Assembly: GCA_045837725.1 (NCBI GenBank)
Contig: JBEWZL010000084.1
Span: 496,001-560,000, forward strand
Direction of reading: 5' to 3'
Length of the DNA: 64,000 bases
Source of the DNA: Vermamoeba vermiformis
Taxonomy: Eukaryota
Below are positions 12,756-27,158 of the stretch, piece by piece. Under the pieces are notes generated by a model that did not search any database, was not told where the DNA came from, and saw only the letters and a program-made list of their open reading frames with translations. Both the position numbers and the translations under genes were made by a program. Each line of letters opens with the position of its first letter. Within the stretch, counting starts at the first letter, position 1.

Positions 12756-14452
12756 TCAAAGTCGACTGCGCAGTGCAGGAGTGATCTCATCTACGGTGCG
12801 CAGTTCTTCAGGGTCTTCTTTGAGCAAGAATCGCTTCAATCCATCGCTGTACGTCACAAAATAGTGCTCCCAGTTCAGATGGCGCACATCGAATTCGAAC
12901 AGCGCGCGATCTGTGCCATTCAACTGATCTAGCAGCGCATCGACATTGTCGCACGCGAAGAACCACTGATTGGTGGTGAAGAAGGCGAGCGAGCTGATGG
13001 CTTTGTCGAGTTTCTGCGTGGCCGAGACAAATTTAGCTTTCTTGCCCGTGACGATGCGACCCAGATCTGCCACCCCTGCTGGCACCACGTGACCGAGGTA
13101 GTGCATGAAGCGATGCAGCACGGGATTGCCGACGTAGAAGCACCAAGCAGGGCCCATCATCTGCTTGGGCGGAGTGCGTGAAAATATCTGCACGGTGGTG
13201 CTCTTGGGCCAGTCCCAGCGACACGGATTCTTGGCACTGGTCGCCATGTGGTACACGGGGATTGAGCGTCGCGCGAGGGGCATGCCATTGCTGTCGTACT
13301 CGCTCGCTGTCTCGTCCACGCCGCGCCACACGCCACTGGCTGCAACGGCGAGAATGGCATTGGCCACGTGATCGACGGGTATCATGTCCGCGACTTTGTT
13401 GGGATGTCCGCGCATAAAGTGCAGTGCGCCGAGTCCACACGCGAGCATGAGCCCATTGGCACCGATCATGCTGTCCATCCACCCGGGCAGCGGCTCTTTC
13501 TCCGCGCACCCGACAATCGAGGGCCGCACGATGAGCAGTGGGGCGCGCAGTCGCGGTGCTTCATCGACCTCGCGCTGCAGCAGTGTCTCGCCCAGGGCCT
13601 TGCTGAAGGTGTACGTGTTGGGATAGGGCGCAATCAGCTCCATCACGCGCTGATCCATCTCGGGATCGGAGAGTGCCGTGATGTACTCGAGCACGTGATA
13701 GGGGTCCCACACCGTGCTCTGACCAGGGCCCTGACGCGTGCCGTGCAGCCACTTCTTGCGCGTGTTGTTGCCGAGCGGATAAATCTTCTCGCGTATCTGC
13801 GTGTAGCCCAAGCGAATCGAATTCACGTAGCAAGTGGACACGTGCACCATGGCCTTCAACTGCACGCAGCGCTTGGCGAGGTCGAGCACGCGCTTGCTGC
13901 CCAGCACATTCATCTCAATGGCCAGACGCAGCTGTTCCATGAACTTGGTGGTGGCCGCACAGTGCAAGATGAGTGTCACCTCGCGCTCGAGCTCCGCAGT
14001 GTCGTGCGCGGACAGACCGAGCCCGGGCTTGGCAATGTCACCGTCCAGCGCCACGATGCGACTCTTCAGCTCGGGCTGGGCACGCAACAGGTCCTCGAAG
14101 ATGAATACTGACAGCACTTCGCGCTCAAATCGCTCTGCAGGGGTGACACCGCGCTTGGCTCGAATCAACACGTAAATGCGCTGCACGTGCGGGCACTCCG
14201 TCAACAACTTCCACAGCACGATCTTGCCCAGGAACCCTGTCGCTCCCGTCAAGAAGATTGTCTGCGCCTCCAGTGTTTGAACTATGCGCGAGTCCTGTGG
14301 GGCAAGTAATAGCGATTAATACGCGCTGCAATTGTACAACCGACTGGGGCACTGAATCTCGATCTGATCGGAAAATATCCTTCCAGCTTACAAAGGAGTC
14401 TGTATACATGAATTATTTTAATATTACTTACCCCACGATTTATTTTGCTCAT
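12756..14452 (-). CDS. Fatty acyl-CoA reductase (male sterility 2-like); the start may instead be the ATG at 14518
   Basis: FLTGATGFLGK, HCAATTKF, HVSTCY, PNTYTFSKALGE, RPSIVG, EPLPGW, DMIPVD and a C-terminal Sterile domain. Confidence 0.93.
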
Positions 14453-14633
14453 GGTGCTGTAACTGGCTTGGCTCAGTGCGTTATTGCGGTGCGTTTCAGA
14501 AGATAAATAAATAATCATTTTTTCACAGCTGTGAAACTTTGAAGAACACCAGCACCACACCTCGTGCTGGTTATTAGGAGAGTATAGTAGAGTAGAGTAG
14601 AGTGTAGTATAGTACTGGGGACTAACAATCACT

Positions 14634-15816
14634 ATGACCGAGCACACTCCCATCACACACGTAAGCAAGACAGTTCAATTTGAATTCGCAGTACTACTCT
14701 ATATGATGCGCTATTATTAATATTGCAGCTCTAGCATGTTGGCTATTATATGAGTGAGAAGAAAGAGAAGCAGATCGGCTGGTCTGAATTTGTTGCTTAC
14801 GCGAGGTACACCCATCGACCCTCCTATTCACACCGATCACTCGTGCCAGCACGCACCATGCACCGCACGTGTACTAATTCGCTGTTCACAGAACGCGCGG
14901 CCTGGCCATCAAGCGACTCGATCTGACCGTGCCCCTCAGCGCGCAATATCCGCTCGATGTGCTGCTGCTCAAAGTGACCGACGAGTACGCACATCAAGCA
15001 CGTGACCCGCGCAGTGCGGAGATTGTGCGCGTGATTGAGGGCTGGGTGCAGCAGTGGGGTGCAGAACGGCCGTTGACACGTGTCATTGACTTGCCGCAGC
15101 ACCAGGCCCGCACGACTGACCGCGTGGCACTCGCACAACTCGCGGACTGGCTGGTGGCACAGTGCCAGCTGACACCGCTGCTGACAGTCGCGAGCAGTGT
15201 GACAGCACAGCACGGCGACGAGCACGTGATCGATGCGCTGCGCTGGCCAATCATGTGCAAGCCCCTGCAAGCGAGTGGCAGCAGCAGCGCGCACGACATG
15301 TCCATCTTGTTCAATCGCGCGCAAGTGCAGCTATTTTTAGAACAGCATCCTGGCAAGTATTTGTTGCAAGAATTTATTCCGCACAATGCCACCATCTTCA
15401 AGATTTACGTCATCAACAACTCCAGTCACGTGGTCAAGAGGCCCTCATTTCCTAATTTGGACACATTCGGCGCCGATCACGTGCCAATTCGATTCGATTC
15501 CCAGGCAGTCAAGCACGTGTTGCCACCAGAGCTCACCGCGGAATATCAGTGCTCGCAGCCAGCTCCGCCCGATCACGTGATCGATCAGATTTCACACGCC
15601 ATCATGCAGTACTTTGGCATTTCCTTATTTGGCTACGATCTCATCACGGACATCAGAAATAACAAGCACGTGGTCATTGACGTCAATTTCTTCCCAGGTA
15701 AGTTCCCACAGCACTATTTTTAGCACGGCTAATCATTGCGGCTATTTTCAGACTACAAAGGGGTGCCGGAACTGCCCGACAAACTCTACAGCCACTTGAT
15801 GCGCACTCTCAATTAG
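14634..15816 (+). CDS. ITPK1: Inositol-tetrakisphosphate 1-kinase (ATP-grasp); multi-exon
   Basis: HVGYYMSEKK, DVLLLKVTD, PIMCKP...GSSSAHDM, QEFIPHNATIFKIYV, RPSFPN, LFGYDLI and VIDVNFFP. Confidence 0.9.
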
Positions 15817-15963
15817 GAAATAAACTTGTATTTTGTCACGTGTCTCTGTTGCAGTCCCTCTACCAGGGCTGTGGATGAAATTTCTGCAACGACTGCAGCC
15901 TCCAGTCAATTTAAATTTTTTGAGCGCAGCACCAGCACACATCGAGCAGTCATATACACAGCC

Positions 15964-17240
15964 ATGCTCAGATCTTCGGGCGACTATTCCAGCACGAGTT
16001 CATTGCAGCGCATCAAACTGCGCGTGTATTTTGTGGATGGAGCGTGCAAGAGTCTGGCGGTGACGGAAGAGGCCACCTTCCTCGATCTGCTCTACATACT
16101 CGTGAACAAGCTCTCGATGGGCGATACACAGCCTACCTCCAAGACCGCGCAGCTATTGTCGCAAATGTTTGCTTTCTTTTCTGTTACTGGCGACAATTCA
16201 GGTAAAATCTGCTCAAATAATAAGCCCGTTGCCTAGAATAATGTCCTATAATATGGAAATATCGCCCAATAATTATATGCACTCACTTGCCTCTTGTTTC
16301 AGAGCACAAGTTGCTGGATTGGAGTGCGTTGCCGTTGCAAGCGATGAACGAGTGGACCACGAGTGCCGACCACTTCTTGTTCAAGCGCGTGTTATTCATA
16401 CGCGAACACTACGAGCGCGAGGTGACAGACGATGTGCTGCTCGATCTGACCTGGCGTCAAGCACACCGCGCACTGCTGTCGCACCACCAGTACCGCTACG
16501 ATCCCATTGCGGCTAATAATAGCTCACTCAGCACTGCTGTCAACCTCGCCGTGTCAGTCACGCATCAGAGCGCGTCAACGCCCTCCTCACCCGCCACCGC
16601 ACGTGACTCCACTGCCCTGGTCGAACACGAGCTCGGAACATCTCCGTGGGCCCTGGTTGATTGGGGCGTGCCGAGCCCTGACGAAGCACTCGAACTCGCG
16701 GCACTGAGCGCGGCAATCTCTGCGCCGATTGGTGCCCTGAACGGACTGAGCTGCACTGAACTGCGCGCACTGCTGTCACGTGGGGTCTGGACGCAACGGC
16801 GTGCCACCGACTGGGAAACAGCCCTCGCGAAACAAGTGCAATCTCTCAAGGCACGTGGTCTCAGCGCACGTGATGCAATGAAGGAATATCTAAAAATAGC
16901 GCAGAACTTGACCTTTTATGGTGCCATGCTGTTTTTCAACTGCAAATCCTGTGACAGCAACAGTGCACTGAACAGCGCGCTGGCCACCAAGAAAATTCCC
17001 AACAAATTAGTGATTGCTGTCAACGAGGACGGAATAATTCTGCTGCGTCGCGAAGGAACATTTTTGGCGGTGTATCCCTTCGCAAAGATCAAAAACTGGA
17101 GCTCGTCGTTCAGCTCGTTCTCGTTTGACGTGGAGGAGACGCAACTCGAATTTGAGACCGCTGAAGGCGAGACGATTGCCTTGGTGGTGCAAATGTACAT
17201 TGATCACTTGATTGACAACATTCTGCTGCCCTCCAACTAA
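15964..17240 (+). CDS. FERM-domain protein; two exons
   Basis: F1 lobe LRVYFVDGACKSL; F2 lobe FLFKRVLF...AMKEYLKIAQNLTFYGAMLF; F3 PH-like lobe IAVNEDGI...YPFAKIKNWS...FETAEGETI. Confidence 0.85.
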
Positions 17241-17671
17241 CCTGGAAGTGCCTTACACCATGTATTATATGAGAGACCTGTACAGTAAAGTAGATGCTTA
17301 AAAATGGTGTCTCTCAGTGTCTGGAGTGTTGCAATTGACTGCTCAAAGCATTCAGTGATGTTGATGAGTGGCCTTTAGAGTTTGTACAGGCTACTTGGGG
17401 CTCATTTGGAGACTGATTGTGGGTTGACGACAAGTACGCAGATCTGATGTAAGTTAGCAATTTACCAACTACCAAACTTTGCCAAAAGCACCAGCAGACC
17501 CAAGAAGTACTACTGATGGACCGGAGTCTTTAGGCAAAGTGCTGGAGGCTGAAAATGCTATGTTCTGCAGAAGAACTTCAGCATTGGATATCGTTCTAGT
17601 GGCTGCAATACCACTTAATCTTTGCTACAGCTAACACTAGTGCAGAGATAGTAATCATTCAAGAAATTGAG

Positions 17672-18475
17672 TCTCAGATTTTTTCTAAGGTCCAATAAAA
17701 AAATCCAGTAAATAAAAAATCCATTCAGATACCAGGAATTGAACCTAGGGCAACCACATCCCGTCCGCCATGGACCACACGTCCGCCGACCATACATCAG
17801 ATAGTACGAAGTTTTTAATAAGATTTCTATATGCCATGTTTGAGGTTAAGCATATCTCTCCATATAAAAAGGTTTGCCACCATGCTGGACAAAGTTACAA
17901 CAAAAGTATGAATGATGCAAAAATTTTTGGACAGTTAGGTGACCGTGAATTCTAGCCAAAGTTCAGTGGAGTGCATAAAATACGTATATTTGTGTTGTAC
18001 CAAGTATGTGCTGATGGATGGGTTCATACTTAATGCTGAAAATTTACAATTGCTGTCACTACAATATCTTTGACGATTACCCATATTTTCTTGTTATATA
18101 GTGATAGTTCTAGGTATTTCTAAAGTTTATATTGCAGCGCATAGAACAAAGTTCTGGTACTGAAGTTCTTTGCAGAACAATGACATTTTCAGCCTACAGT
18201 CCAAAGCCTCCTGATGCCAATGGAGGTCAGCCAGGCCGAGTTGGCCAGTGTGGCAGGCCAAGAATTTGTGGCCAGTCCGGCCGGCCAGCTATGTATGTAT
18301 GGTACAAGGCGCCAAATGGTGTATCTGTACATATGGGGCATTAATATACATATTACTGCGCATTGGCTAATAACAAATCACTTGTAACGACATTCAGAAA
18401 AATAAAAAAATGGCAGACAGCAGGAATTGAACCTGGGACTCAGATTTTTTCTAAGTCCAATAAATAAAAAACCCG
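17672..18475. repeat. Dispersed short repeats with tRNA-like B-box fragments inside a CpG-poor intergenic island (about 17.3-18.9 kb)
   Basis: CTCAGATTTTTTCTAAG(G)TCCAATAAA occurs at about 17672 and 18439. CAGGAATTGAACCT(A/G)GG, whose reverse complement contains the T-arm-like GGTTCAATTCC, occurs at about 17733 and 18421. Confidence 0.5.
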
Positions 18476-18929
18476 TGCAGTACAAAGATCTTATGGTGTG
18501 TCTGTACTGGGATTTAACACACCTGCTACAGCAGAATAGTTACACTTGTCTGCATCTTGTGAAACTGATTGCCCACCCTGGATGATGTTCTGCATTGCAG
18601 TTTTGAATGGAGGGATTTGGATTACGCTGAGGCCTAACATTGCTGACGCCAGAATCCTCCTTAGGTCTGGGCATTAATGACATCAACCAGGTGGGTGTTA
18701 TCTGTCCTGGCAAGTATATGGAGAGGTTGCAACTTCTTTTTTCTTTGGGGCCATAATGACTGAGTTACCAATATGCAATTATGACCCCTCTACCTAGATA
18801 ATGTGTGAATAAAAATTATTGTTACCCTGGGGAACCTGGGACTTCTGCATGGTTATTATTACTTATTTTGTAGTCAACTCCCAGGAACTGAGGCGTTTTT
18901 ACAACAAATTGCAACCCTTTATGCTAACG

Positions 18930-20434
18930 TTACATTTTGAATAGCTCCGTCATGCTGACACGAATAAATGGTCTTGAATAAGCAGGAACGACATTGCCCT
19001 TGCTGTCCACAGGCGAGGCATATGCCAGGTACAGTTCATTAGCAGCATAGTCAAATATGGCAATTTGTGCATCGCCAGTTTGAGCTCCAGCAGTGATGTA
19101 CTGGATGGTGTTGAGGGGCGTGTACTCGCCGTAGAATTGCGACATCAAGTCTCCCATGCACGGGTTGTGCGAGGGCTGCACGTGACGATCCAGATAGAGC
19201 AGACCAGGAAAGACGGGGTGTCCTGGATAGGCCTTGGTGTTGCGGTCATTGTGCACTTGCACATCATCAGGGCTGTAGCCCACAATCTTGAACTGTTGCG
19301 TGTCAGTCCAGTCACCGAGTCCGATCCAAATCGAGCACGTTCTCGCCGCTGAAGCAATGCGCGAGAGGGCGTTGTCGATGTCGCTGTCGTACTGCAAGAT
19401 GTCGCGCAACAAGAAGTGCCAGGGCACGCCTGCGCGGTGTTTGGTGCCGTTGTACTGCAGCCAGACCTGTCGCTGGTTAGTCATTTGACACGTGTCACTG
19501 TGCTATATTTAGCCGCACCTTTTCGCAGACTCCCATGGGGGCACTCGAGTAGCCAGTGATGGCACCAATGAACCCCGCAAATGACGCGGTGGAGAAGGCG
19601 TGTCCGTAGCCAGTCTTGGGGTGATAGACCGTGAGCACGGGGAACTGTTGGAAGGGACTGTGCGGCAGTATGAGTATAGTACAGCGGTGTATATAGACAG
19701 TCACACTTACCCGTGCACTTCCCAATCGAGTGCGCGCAGTTGCAGCAAAGTGCCGTTCTTGATCGCAGGACCCCATGCGCCGTACATGCTGCACGCTGCT
19801 TGAATCAACTCGGGCAACATCTGCACGCGCACGAGTTCCATGTAGTCGATCTGTGCGCCATCGGAAATACCGCGCAACTCCTCGAAAAAGTGCGCGGGGG
19901 TGTAGGGCTTGGTCATCCAATAGGTGAGTTCAAGTGCTGCGTACACACCTGGGGCCACGCAGAATGCATTAGTATCTAGATCCGAACTTTCAACAGAAAA
20001 AGAGGTGGAACAAGTCTTTAAACAATTTATCAACAAGATTAATAATGATATCTATATAGGCTATCTAATGCATACGTACCTCCCTCTTCAATAGCTTTGC
20101 GAATAAAGTCTGGCAAGTCATCCAAGTACTTGTCAAGCTGTTTATACGCGTAGTCGTAGAATTGATCCACGAGCTTGTGGATTTGATCTTGCAACAGTAC
20201 GCCATATGCATAGCCCATCTCGTAGTCTGTGCCGTAAACATGCACCACGCTGATGGGCGGATCCACGGAGTCTACGACGGTTAACTTGCCATTGGCTATC
20301 TGTTTGACGAGCTTGGGTGTAGCGAGACTAGGGAACTGCATATTAGGCACACCCGCACAGCTCTTGGGGATCTGCGCTTCAACGAGCCAGAGAGAGGCCC
20401 ACACGAGCACTGCAGCGATGACTATGGCACGCAT
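18930..20434 (-). CDS. Secreted Ntn-hydrolase (acid ceramidase/peptidase C45-like, Dictyostelium Dcd1-like); multi-exon
   Basis: Signal peptide; HVYGTDYEMGYAYG; cleavage/nucleophile site AACSMYGAWG; LQLRALDW; TCSIWIGLGD; QTGD. Confidence 0.82.
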
Positions 20435-20657
20435 CACTATCAACTAGCTGTGTAATCAGTAGTGTATAGTAGCAATGATATATATATAATAAGAGAGCTG
20501 TGTTGCCTCTGTGACTGCACTGATTGCTATTGACACGCAGAGGTGATTGATGTTGCACACACGTGACTCGCACGAACACCACGAGGAACATAAACAACAC
20601 TTGTCTTTATTCGCACTATAATGATGCATCTATCGCAACTAAATATGACCCTTCGCA

Positions 20658-23600
20658 CTACTCTTCAAAGCCCGTGTTCTCTCTCTGCACATCCGCGAGT
20701 AATTTACTGCACAGTGCCTTCACCGCCACAGAGCCTATAAATAGCTCGATATTAATACGCAATCATTGAAGGCAATGGTGGTGTTACCGCGCTGTTTTCC
20801 GAGCAACAGATGTGGCACCAATACCGCGCAGAGCTGTGGGTGCGTGGTGCGTTGTTGTTGCAGGTGCGCGAGTGATCGAACACTGGGCTGCAGTGCACTC
20901 AACAGCTGCGCTCGATCTGCACTCAACTCGCGACTCCACAGCTCAACCAGCTCTGTCCTCTGCACCGTGGGGATTAACAAAGTACGCGTAAGGAACGATG
21001 CTTGTAGTATGGCGATACTCACCTGTGCCTCGCGACAGAACTGCAACAAGGTGCACACGACGGACACGCGCGCAGCAAAGTCGTGCAGCTCGTTGTAGAT
21101 CAGCAGCACGTGTCGCGTGTAGGCCGTGCTCTCTGCAGTGCCATCAGCTGTGCTCGCAACATAATGTGTTGATAAGACACCACTTACCTCGTGCTGCAAG
21201 CTGTGCAAAGAAGGAGAGTGCCAGTGCAGCGAGTGACGCATCGGTGTGCAGCAGTTGTCGTGCGAGTGACGGCAGCACAAGCTCGTGTTTGATGAGACGA
21301 TGCAAGGCCAGTGCACTCAACACACGCATCGCTGTCAGCTGCACGCTGAGGGGCTGTGCGTCGCTGATGCTGTGCGCGAGTGCCGTGAGCAGTGGCGCAG
21401 TGTCACGCGGATACTGCACCAAGAGATCACCGTAGATGACTGCACAACGACTGTTAGTACTAACTGCGCGGCACTACCATATGGGCTGTGGTGTTACCGA
21501 GCACTTCAGCAGTCCAGTCACCTTGCGCACTCATCTCGTGCAGTAGTGGCAAGTAGTGCTGAGTGAGCTGCACTCAAAGCAGTGAGCTGGCATGGCATGC
21601 AATACAAGTGGACTTACCGCGAGACTGGTGGCCATCATTCGACCCAGTGCGAGCAGTGCTGCACGACGCAGCGGTGCATAGGCTGTGCAGCATTAACACA
21701 CCCGTGTTGGCCATCAATGCAACATCACACTTACGCGACACCACGCACTCTGCCACCAATGGCACATAGCGAGCAAAAAACCCATCGGAGCTTGTCAAGC
21801 CTTCAATCGCGTGCGTGACTCGCTCCTCAATCACGTGCCTTCGAGTGAGCTCATCTGCACACAGCGTTAGTACTGCCACCACAGTGCCCACCGTACCTTT
21901 GTAGTCCTGTTCTCGCACCGCAGACTCAATGACGCGCGTGATGTAACTCGTCGCATGTGTCATCAGCTCGCCCGTAAACTCCACGAATCGACACATCTGA
22001 GCACGCATTAGTGGCACCCACACAGCACAGCACTCACCTGCGCGATGGAGGAGGACTCGCAGTGCCTCAGTGTCTCTTCGTACAGCTGCAAGAGCATGGC
22101 TCCACGTGCTACAGGCCCGTCGCGCAGTGTGTACAAGAGTCGCACGCTCGCTCGCACATTGCCCAGCTTGATGAGGGCCAACAAGTACTCGTCGCAGAAC
22201 TCCTCGATTGCTGCATGTGGTGCGCGTGTTGAGTTGTGTGCCAGTACCTAGTGCACGTGAATAGAGTCGCACGATGAGAGGTCATACGCACCTGCAGCGC
22301 AAAGTTGTTGATGCGCTGAAAATAGTCCAGCTGTGACTCGTTCAGTGAACGGCTCTGTGCCTGCAACGCGAACTCCTCCAAGTACTGCACGAGTGGCGCG
22401 ATGAACGGCGCTGATTCGCAGGTGTGACTCAGATGCGCGAGCACTGCAACAATGGCATTAACGACAGCACAAGCATGACACATGTGGATCAAGTATCACT
22501 ACCAATGATAGCCCCCAGTCTCAGCGCAGAGGACTGTGATTGTTGCACAGTGTGGCGACGCACATCGTGTTGCTCCAACAGCGCGCAAAATGACTGCAAG
22601 TGTCGCGTAGGCTCAAAGAACACTGCAAACAACGTGCTGAGCAATTCGCGCACCGATCTGTCGTGTTCACGCATCATGTGGGCGATCATCTGTTCAAACA
22701 GCTCGAGTTCATGGGTATTCAATCTGCACAATGGAATCAGCGCATATCAGGACGTGACTGCTTACCGAGCAGCGAGCAGCGACAGACTGACTGCAGCGTA
22801 CAGGGCGAATTCAGACTCGCCGGGAAATCGCAGCGCACTGGCAATAATGCGCGACACACTGCTGCCCAGCGTATCGTCGTTGAATGCAAAGCACGGCAGC
22901 AAGTGATGCAGCTCCACCATAACATCGGCACACATGAGCTGTTCGATGGCGCGCACCAAGTCTTTGGACCACTTCTCCGAGGCTGGATGCACATTCAACA
23001 TGCGATACAACTGTGGCATGGCGCGCTCGTAGAAGACAGCAGTGTATTCAGCATCAGCTCTGATTGACATGTGAGTGATGTGCTGCGTCACAGACTGCTC
23101 ACCTATCACGCATGTCGTGCAGTCGGTGCAGCGATTTGACAGCTTGCAGCCGTACTGCCTTGCTGTCGTCATGGAGAGCTGCAGTCACCACGCACTGCAC
23201 GGTGTTAGTGCCAGCAGTGCAGATCAGAGGACGTACCAATCTGTCAGCGAATGATGCAGCATCGTGTGCAACAGCTGCACTCACTGTCCGTGTACGAATG
23301 TGCGCATCAGCGTCGTGTGCGAGTGTCACCACGAACGACCAATCATGTGCGAGTGCCAGCAACACATCGACCAAGACACGACGAGTGGGACTGGCTGCGG
23401 TGCTGTAGATTGCCAACAGGTCTGCAGTGAACAGCGCCACTGCACGTCTATCTCGTTCACAACACTCTTTCACGAATGCCATCAAGCGAGTGGCACTGTC
23501 TTTGCGGTTCTTTTTAGCTGTGCGATCACCATGCTTCAGTGCAGCGACAATGTGGTGCAAGAACTGCAGTCCCCACGCACGATGCAACTGCATTACTTTG

Positions 23601-24692
23601 TCGAAGAACACGACGAGCACTGCGCTGACCTGCGGCTTGTCCATCAGTAGTTGTACCAGCATTGTGCGGTGTGTGCGAGCAACGGACTCGTCTGGCAGCT
23701 CAGTGCCGCACTGCAGCATGGTGCACAGGAGCTCTGCCGTGCCCGTGAGCAGTGCATTGGATGGCTTGGCTGCAGCGCTGATCAGTGCCACGACTGCAGG
23801 TTGCAAGTAGCGGTGCACTTCATCGCCCTCGCACTGCTTCAACACGCCGTGCCACTGCTCCACACACTGGACACACACTGCGCGCCATCGATCGTGCAGC
23901 GTCTGATCAGTACGCGCGGTGAGCAGTGCCATGAACAGATTGCGCGACAGAAACAGCGCAGCACGGCGTGTCGTTAGTGAGTGCAAAGCTATGCCATTGA
24001 GACGCAACAAGATGTCGCTACACTGGCGCGCGTCGAAGTTCGATTGCTTCGCGACGTGTTGTACGAGCTGATAAACTCTTGTAAAGCCTATGCCTGACTG
24101 CAAGAACTCCTTGTCGATCAACTGAGGCTTCAACGTACTGAAATTGCCCTGCAAAATGATGTTAGCCGGTACCAGGTTATGTATCGCTCAACTTGCATCG
24201 GATGCGGCACTGTTCAACCAGCTGGCGTCGGGAAATTCATCGAGTGATACGAGGGGAGAATCAATACATTGACTCATACTTGCGCTGTTGTGGTGTACAG
24301 TGTGCGTCGAGAATGAAAATGATGCGAAAAGACCACGGCGGTACACGATTGAGCTGTCAGTACACGACTGAAATTCCCCGTTCAGAATTGCTTTTTGGCG
24401 CCCTTGTCCAGCTGTGGTATTTAAATATTTAAGTTCGCAATCAAAGCGTCAACAATTAATTGATATTGATGAGTGAAACGCAAACTCGCTCGTTGTTATT
24501 ATCGACTGAAGATCTGGAGCTCGATCTAATTGATGAGCCCAATCAGTTAACAGCGGAGGTAAGTCAACTTAATACAATACCATCAATTACAACACTACCT
24601 AACGTAAATTATAATATAGGAGTTAAAAAAGAATAACGAAGTAGAGCGGATTTTACAAGGTAAAGTACTCACAGCGTGATCTGGGCCTTCAT
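20658..24692 (-). CDS. Large multi-exon HEAT/ARM-repeat protein, possibly a divergent PDS5-like or cohesin/condensin-associated protein
   Basis: A chain of minus-strand helical ORFs joined by GT-AG introns. HEAT-like motifs LAHDADAHIR and LHDDSKAVRLQAVKSL. Boundaries are approximate and the family is uncertain. Confidence 0.55.
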
Positions 24693-25000
24693 TTAACGCC
24701 GTACCTGCAGTGCTGCTTTCACTGCCAAATAACGAGCAGTGGGCAAAAATCAAACATTTGGAAGACTGGGCTTACGATCTGGGGCTCAACGAAGGCACGT
24801 AGTCGAACAATGTCGTATAATCACTGTAGTTATTAATAAATAATACACTAGGACGTGAGATGGATCGCGGCAAAGCACTTAAAATATTGTAAATAGAATG
24901 GATGTAGTAAAGCTTCAGTCAATATTTTCCGTACAGGTTTCACTGCCTAGTCACTACAACTGAACACGCATTTATTAGTACGTGCACTAGTATACGCCTA

Positions 25001-26264
25001 TTATTTCTTCGCTTTCTTAGCTGCGCGCGGCTCCTCCTCGCTGGTGGCAGGTACATCCGATGGCGCGGGTGGTTCCACGCCATTGGAGTTGCCACGCTTG
25101 CGTTTGCCGAGACCCTTCTTCAAGTCCTTGTTGGTAGGCATCTTGTCGATCTCTTGCTGCGGCACGTACACGCGACCCAGCTGTTCGGTCAGCTCGTTGT
25201 CGCGCTTGTTCTTCTTCTTGCGCGCTTCCAAGGCACGAGGCTTGCGATTAGCTTCGCGGCGCAGATCTTCGCTCGCAAACTGAGTGCGGCGCACAGTGAG
25301 GTCCATGCGCGGTCCCATCTCTTCTAGCTCCACGCGCGGTATCTGTGCACAGCGAGTTAGCGTGACAGGTGTCAAACAGAGGGGTGCGCAGTCGACTTAC
25401 TTTAGTGCCCGACTTCTTCAACTTGATGCGGTAGTGTCGGAACAGAATGGTCTTGTCGTCGTTAGCGGTCAATATAATCACGTGATCGAGGCCTTGCAAG
25501 TTGATCTGATCCACTTGTTGGCCGCGGAAGAAGTCAACAAACACATTGCCAATCGTTTTCATGTCTTCACTCGTGTTGAATGCCTCGCCGCTCAATACAA
25601 AGCAGGGCTTGCTGCCTGAAGCTGATTTCTCAACTGTAAAGCTCGACAATGGCGCGTAATTAGACACCTCAAACTGCACCAGATCCAGCATGTGGTGGTT
25701 GTATAATCGCCCAATCGTGAGATCATTGGGTCTCTTCTTAGTGTGATTAGCGATTGCCACTAAAGGGCAGTCTCTCAAATAGCAAAGTCTTTCGACGGGG
25801 GTTGGATCGTTCATTACATCTCCGTAGTTAACGCGGTTATTAGGATTATCGTCCTCTCTCGATTTTAATTTCTTTAATAAAATGGCTTCTGGCTTCTTTA
25901 ACAGGTACTGCAAGGACAAAATTAGTTGATCCGTTTCTGAATCGCATCCTTTTTTTTTTAATAATACCGAATAAATCTATTTAAACGGTACTATTATTAT
26001 TAAAAATACTATCAATGTTTTAATCGTTCAGATACAGAAATTAGAGAACTTACCAGATCTTTCAACAGCCCGTTAACAACATCTGAAGTTTTGTGAGCAC
26101 GCAGGAAAATGGCCTTCTTAGTGTCTTCAATTAATTGGGGCTCTCTTTTTTCCAAAATACGCTTGCCGCGTCTAGTTTTGGGCTTTCTACAAGGGAATTC
26201 GTTAGCCGTTTCAAGCAGGCCGCAGAAATATTACACCTTACCGTAAAATACCTTGCGCAGACAT
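25001..26264 (-). CDS. RPF2: Ribosome production factor 2 (Brix domain); multi-exon
   Basis: KPKTRRGKRILEKREPQLIED, HTKKRPNDLTIGRLYNHHMLD, DFFRG, KKSGTKIPRVELEEMGPRMD and GRVYVPQQ. Confidence 0.93.
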
Positions 26265-27158
26265 GTTAATCAGATTAAGCCAGTAACACAATAAAAAAAC
26301 ACTTTTGGATCGGTGAGATCGCGATCCAAAAACTGAATAAACTTTATAAAAACGAGGGATTTTCGTGTCAGTTTCAGAAAAGAAACAGCGTAAGAGCTCG
26401 CGAACGTAGTGAGATGCACGCACAAGCCAAATTCGCTTAAAATCAGCCTAATTGAGACCTAGAAGTCACCATTCATTCAGGTCGAATGGTGTTATTGTCG
26501 ATTTTTGTTTTTCTCAACCCATACGATAGTTTATTTTGATAAACGATGTATATTATTATATCGTCATGTAAATGGTATATTCAAATGCAATTGAATAATA
26601 TGGTTGAATTATTAACCCGGATGTAGATTTTGTTTGTGGATGAGTGATTATGTTCCTATTACTTCTCAACATGTTATTGTTTATTATTTCATTTGTTATT
26701 GTAATTGTTTGTTTGTGTTTACGTTAATTAATTTCGTTCGTTCGAACGAATCTCCTCTCTGAGTCCACTTTCAGTAAACGAACTAAGGTATTTATCTTCA
26801 AGACGCTACGTAACGTAGTCGATTGCTGCGCAACGTTTTATCGCTGCGAATATTGGTGAACTCAAGGCGGAAAACTCGCTGCGTGAGCTCATCAAACTCG
26901 CTCTGATTGGTCAAAAATATTCTCGAGTGAACTCACTGCCAATTTTTGGTTGGTATTTAAATTCTCGCACAGCCCATTTGAATTCACTGAAGATTCATCG
27001 CTCGCTGAAACAACACGGAAGCGAATACCGAAATATTGGTAAATATCTTAGCGGCTAAATTCATTAACACTGAACTCATCCTTCTTTGGCCAGAGGGTTC
27101 TGACTTTTAATTGGTACCAAGCCACCTTCTCACCATCTAAGTCCGGCTCCCTCTTCCA

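Noticed and set aside
18395-18480. Functional tRNA gene
   Set aside because: Only a T-arm/3'-like piece is visible; I could not identify a D-arm, anticodon arm or matching acceptor stem.
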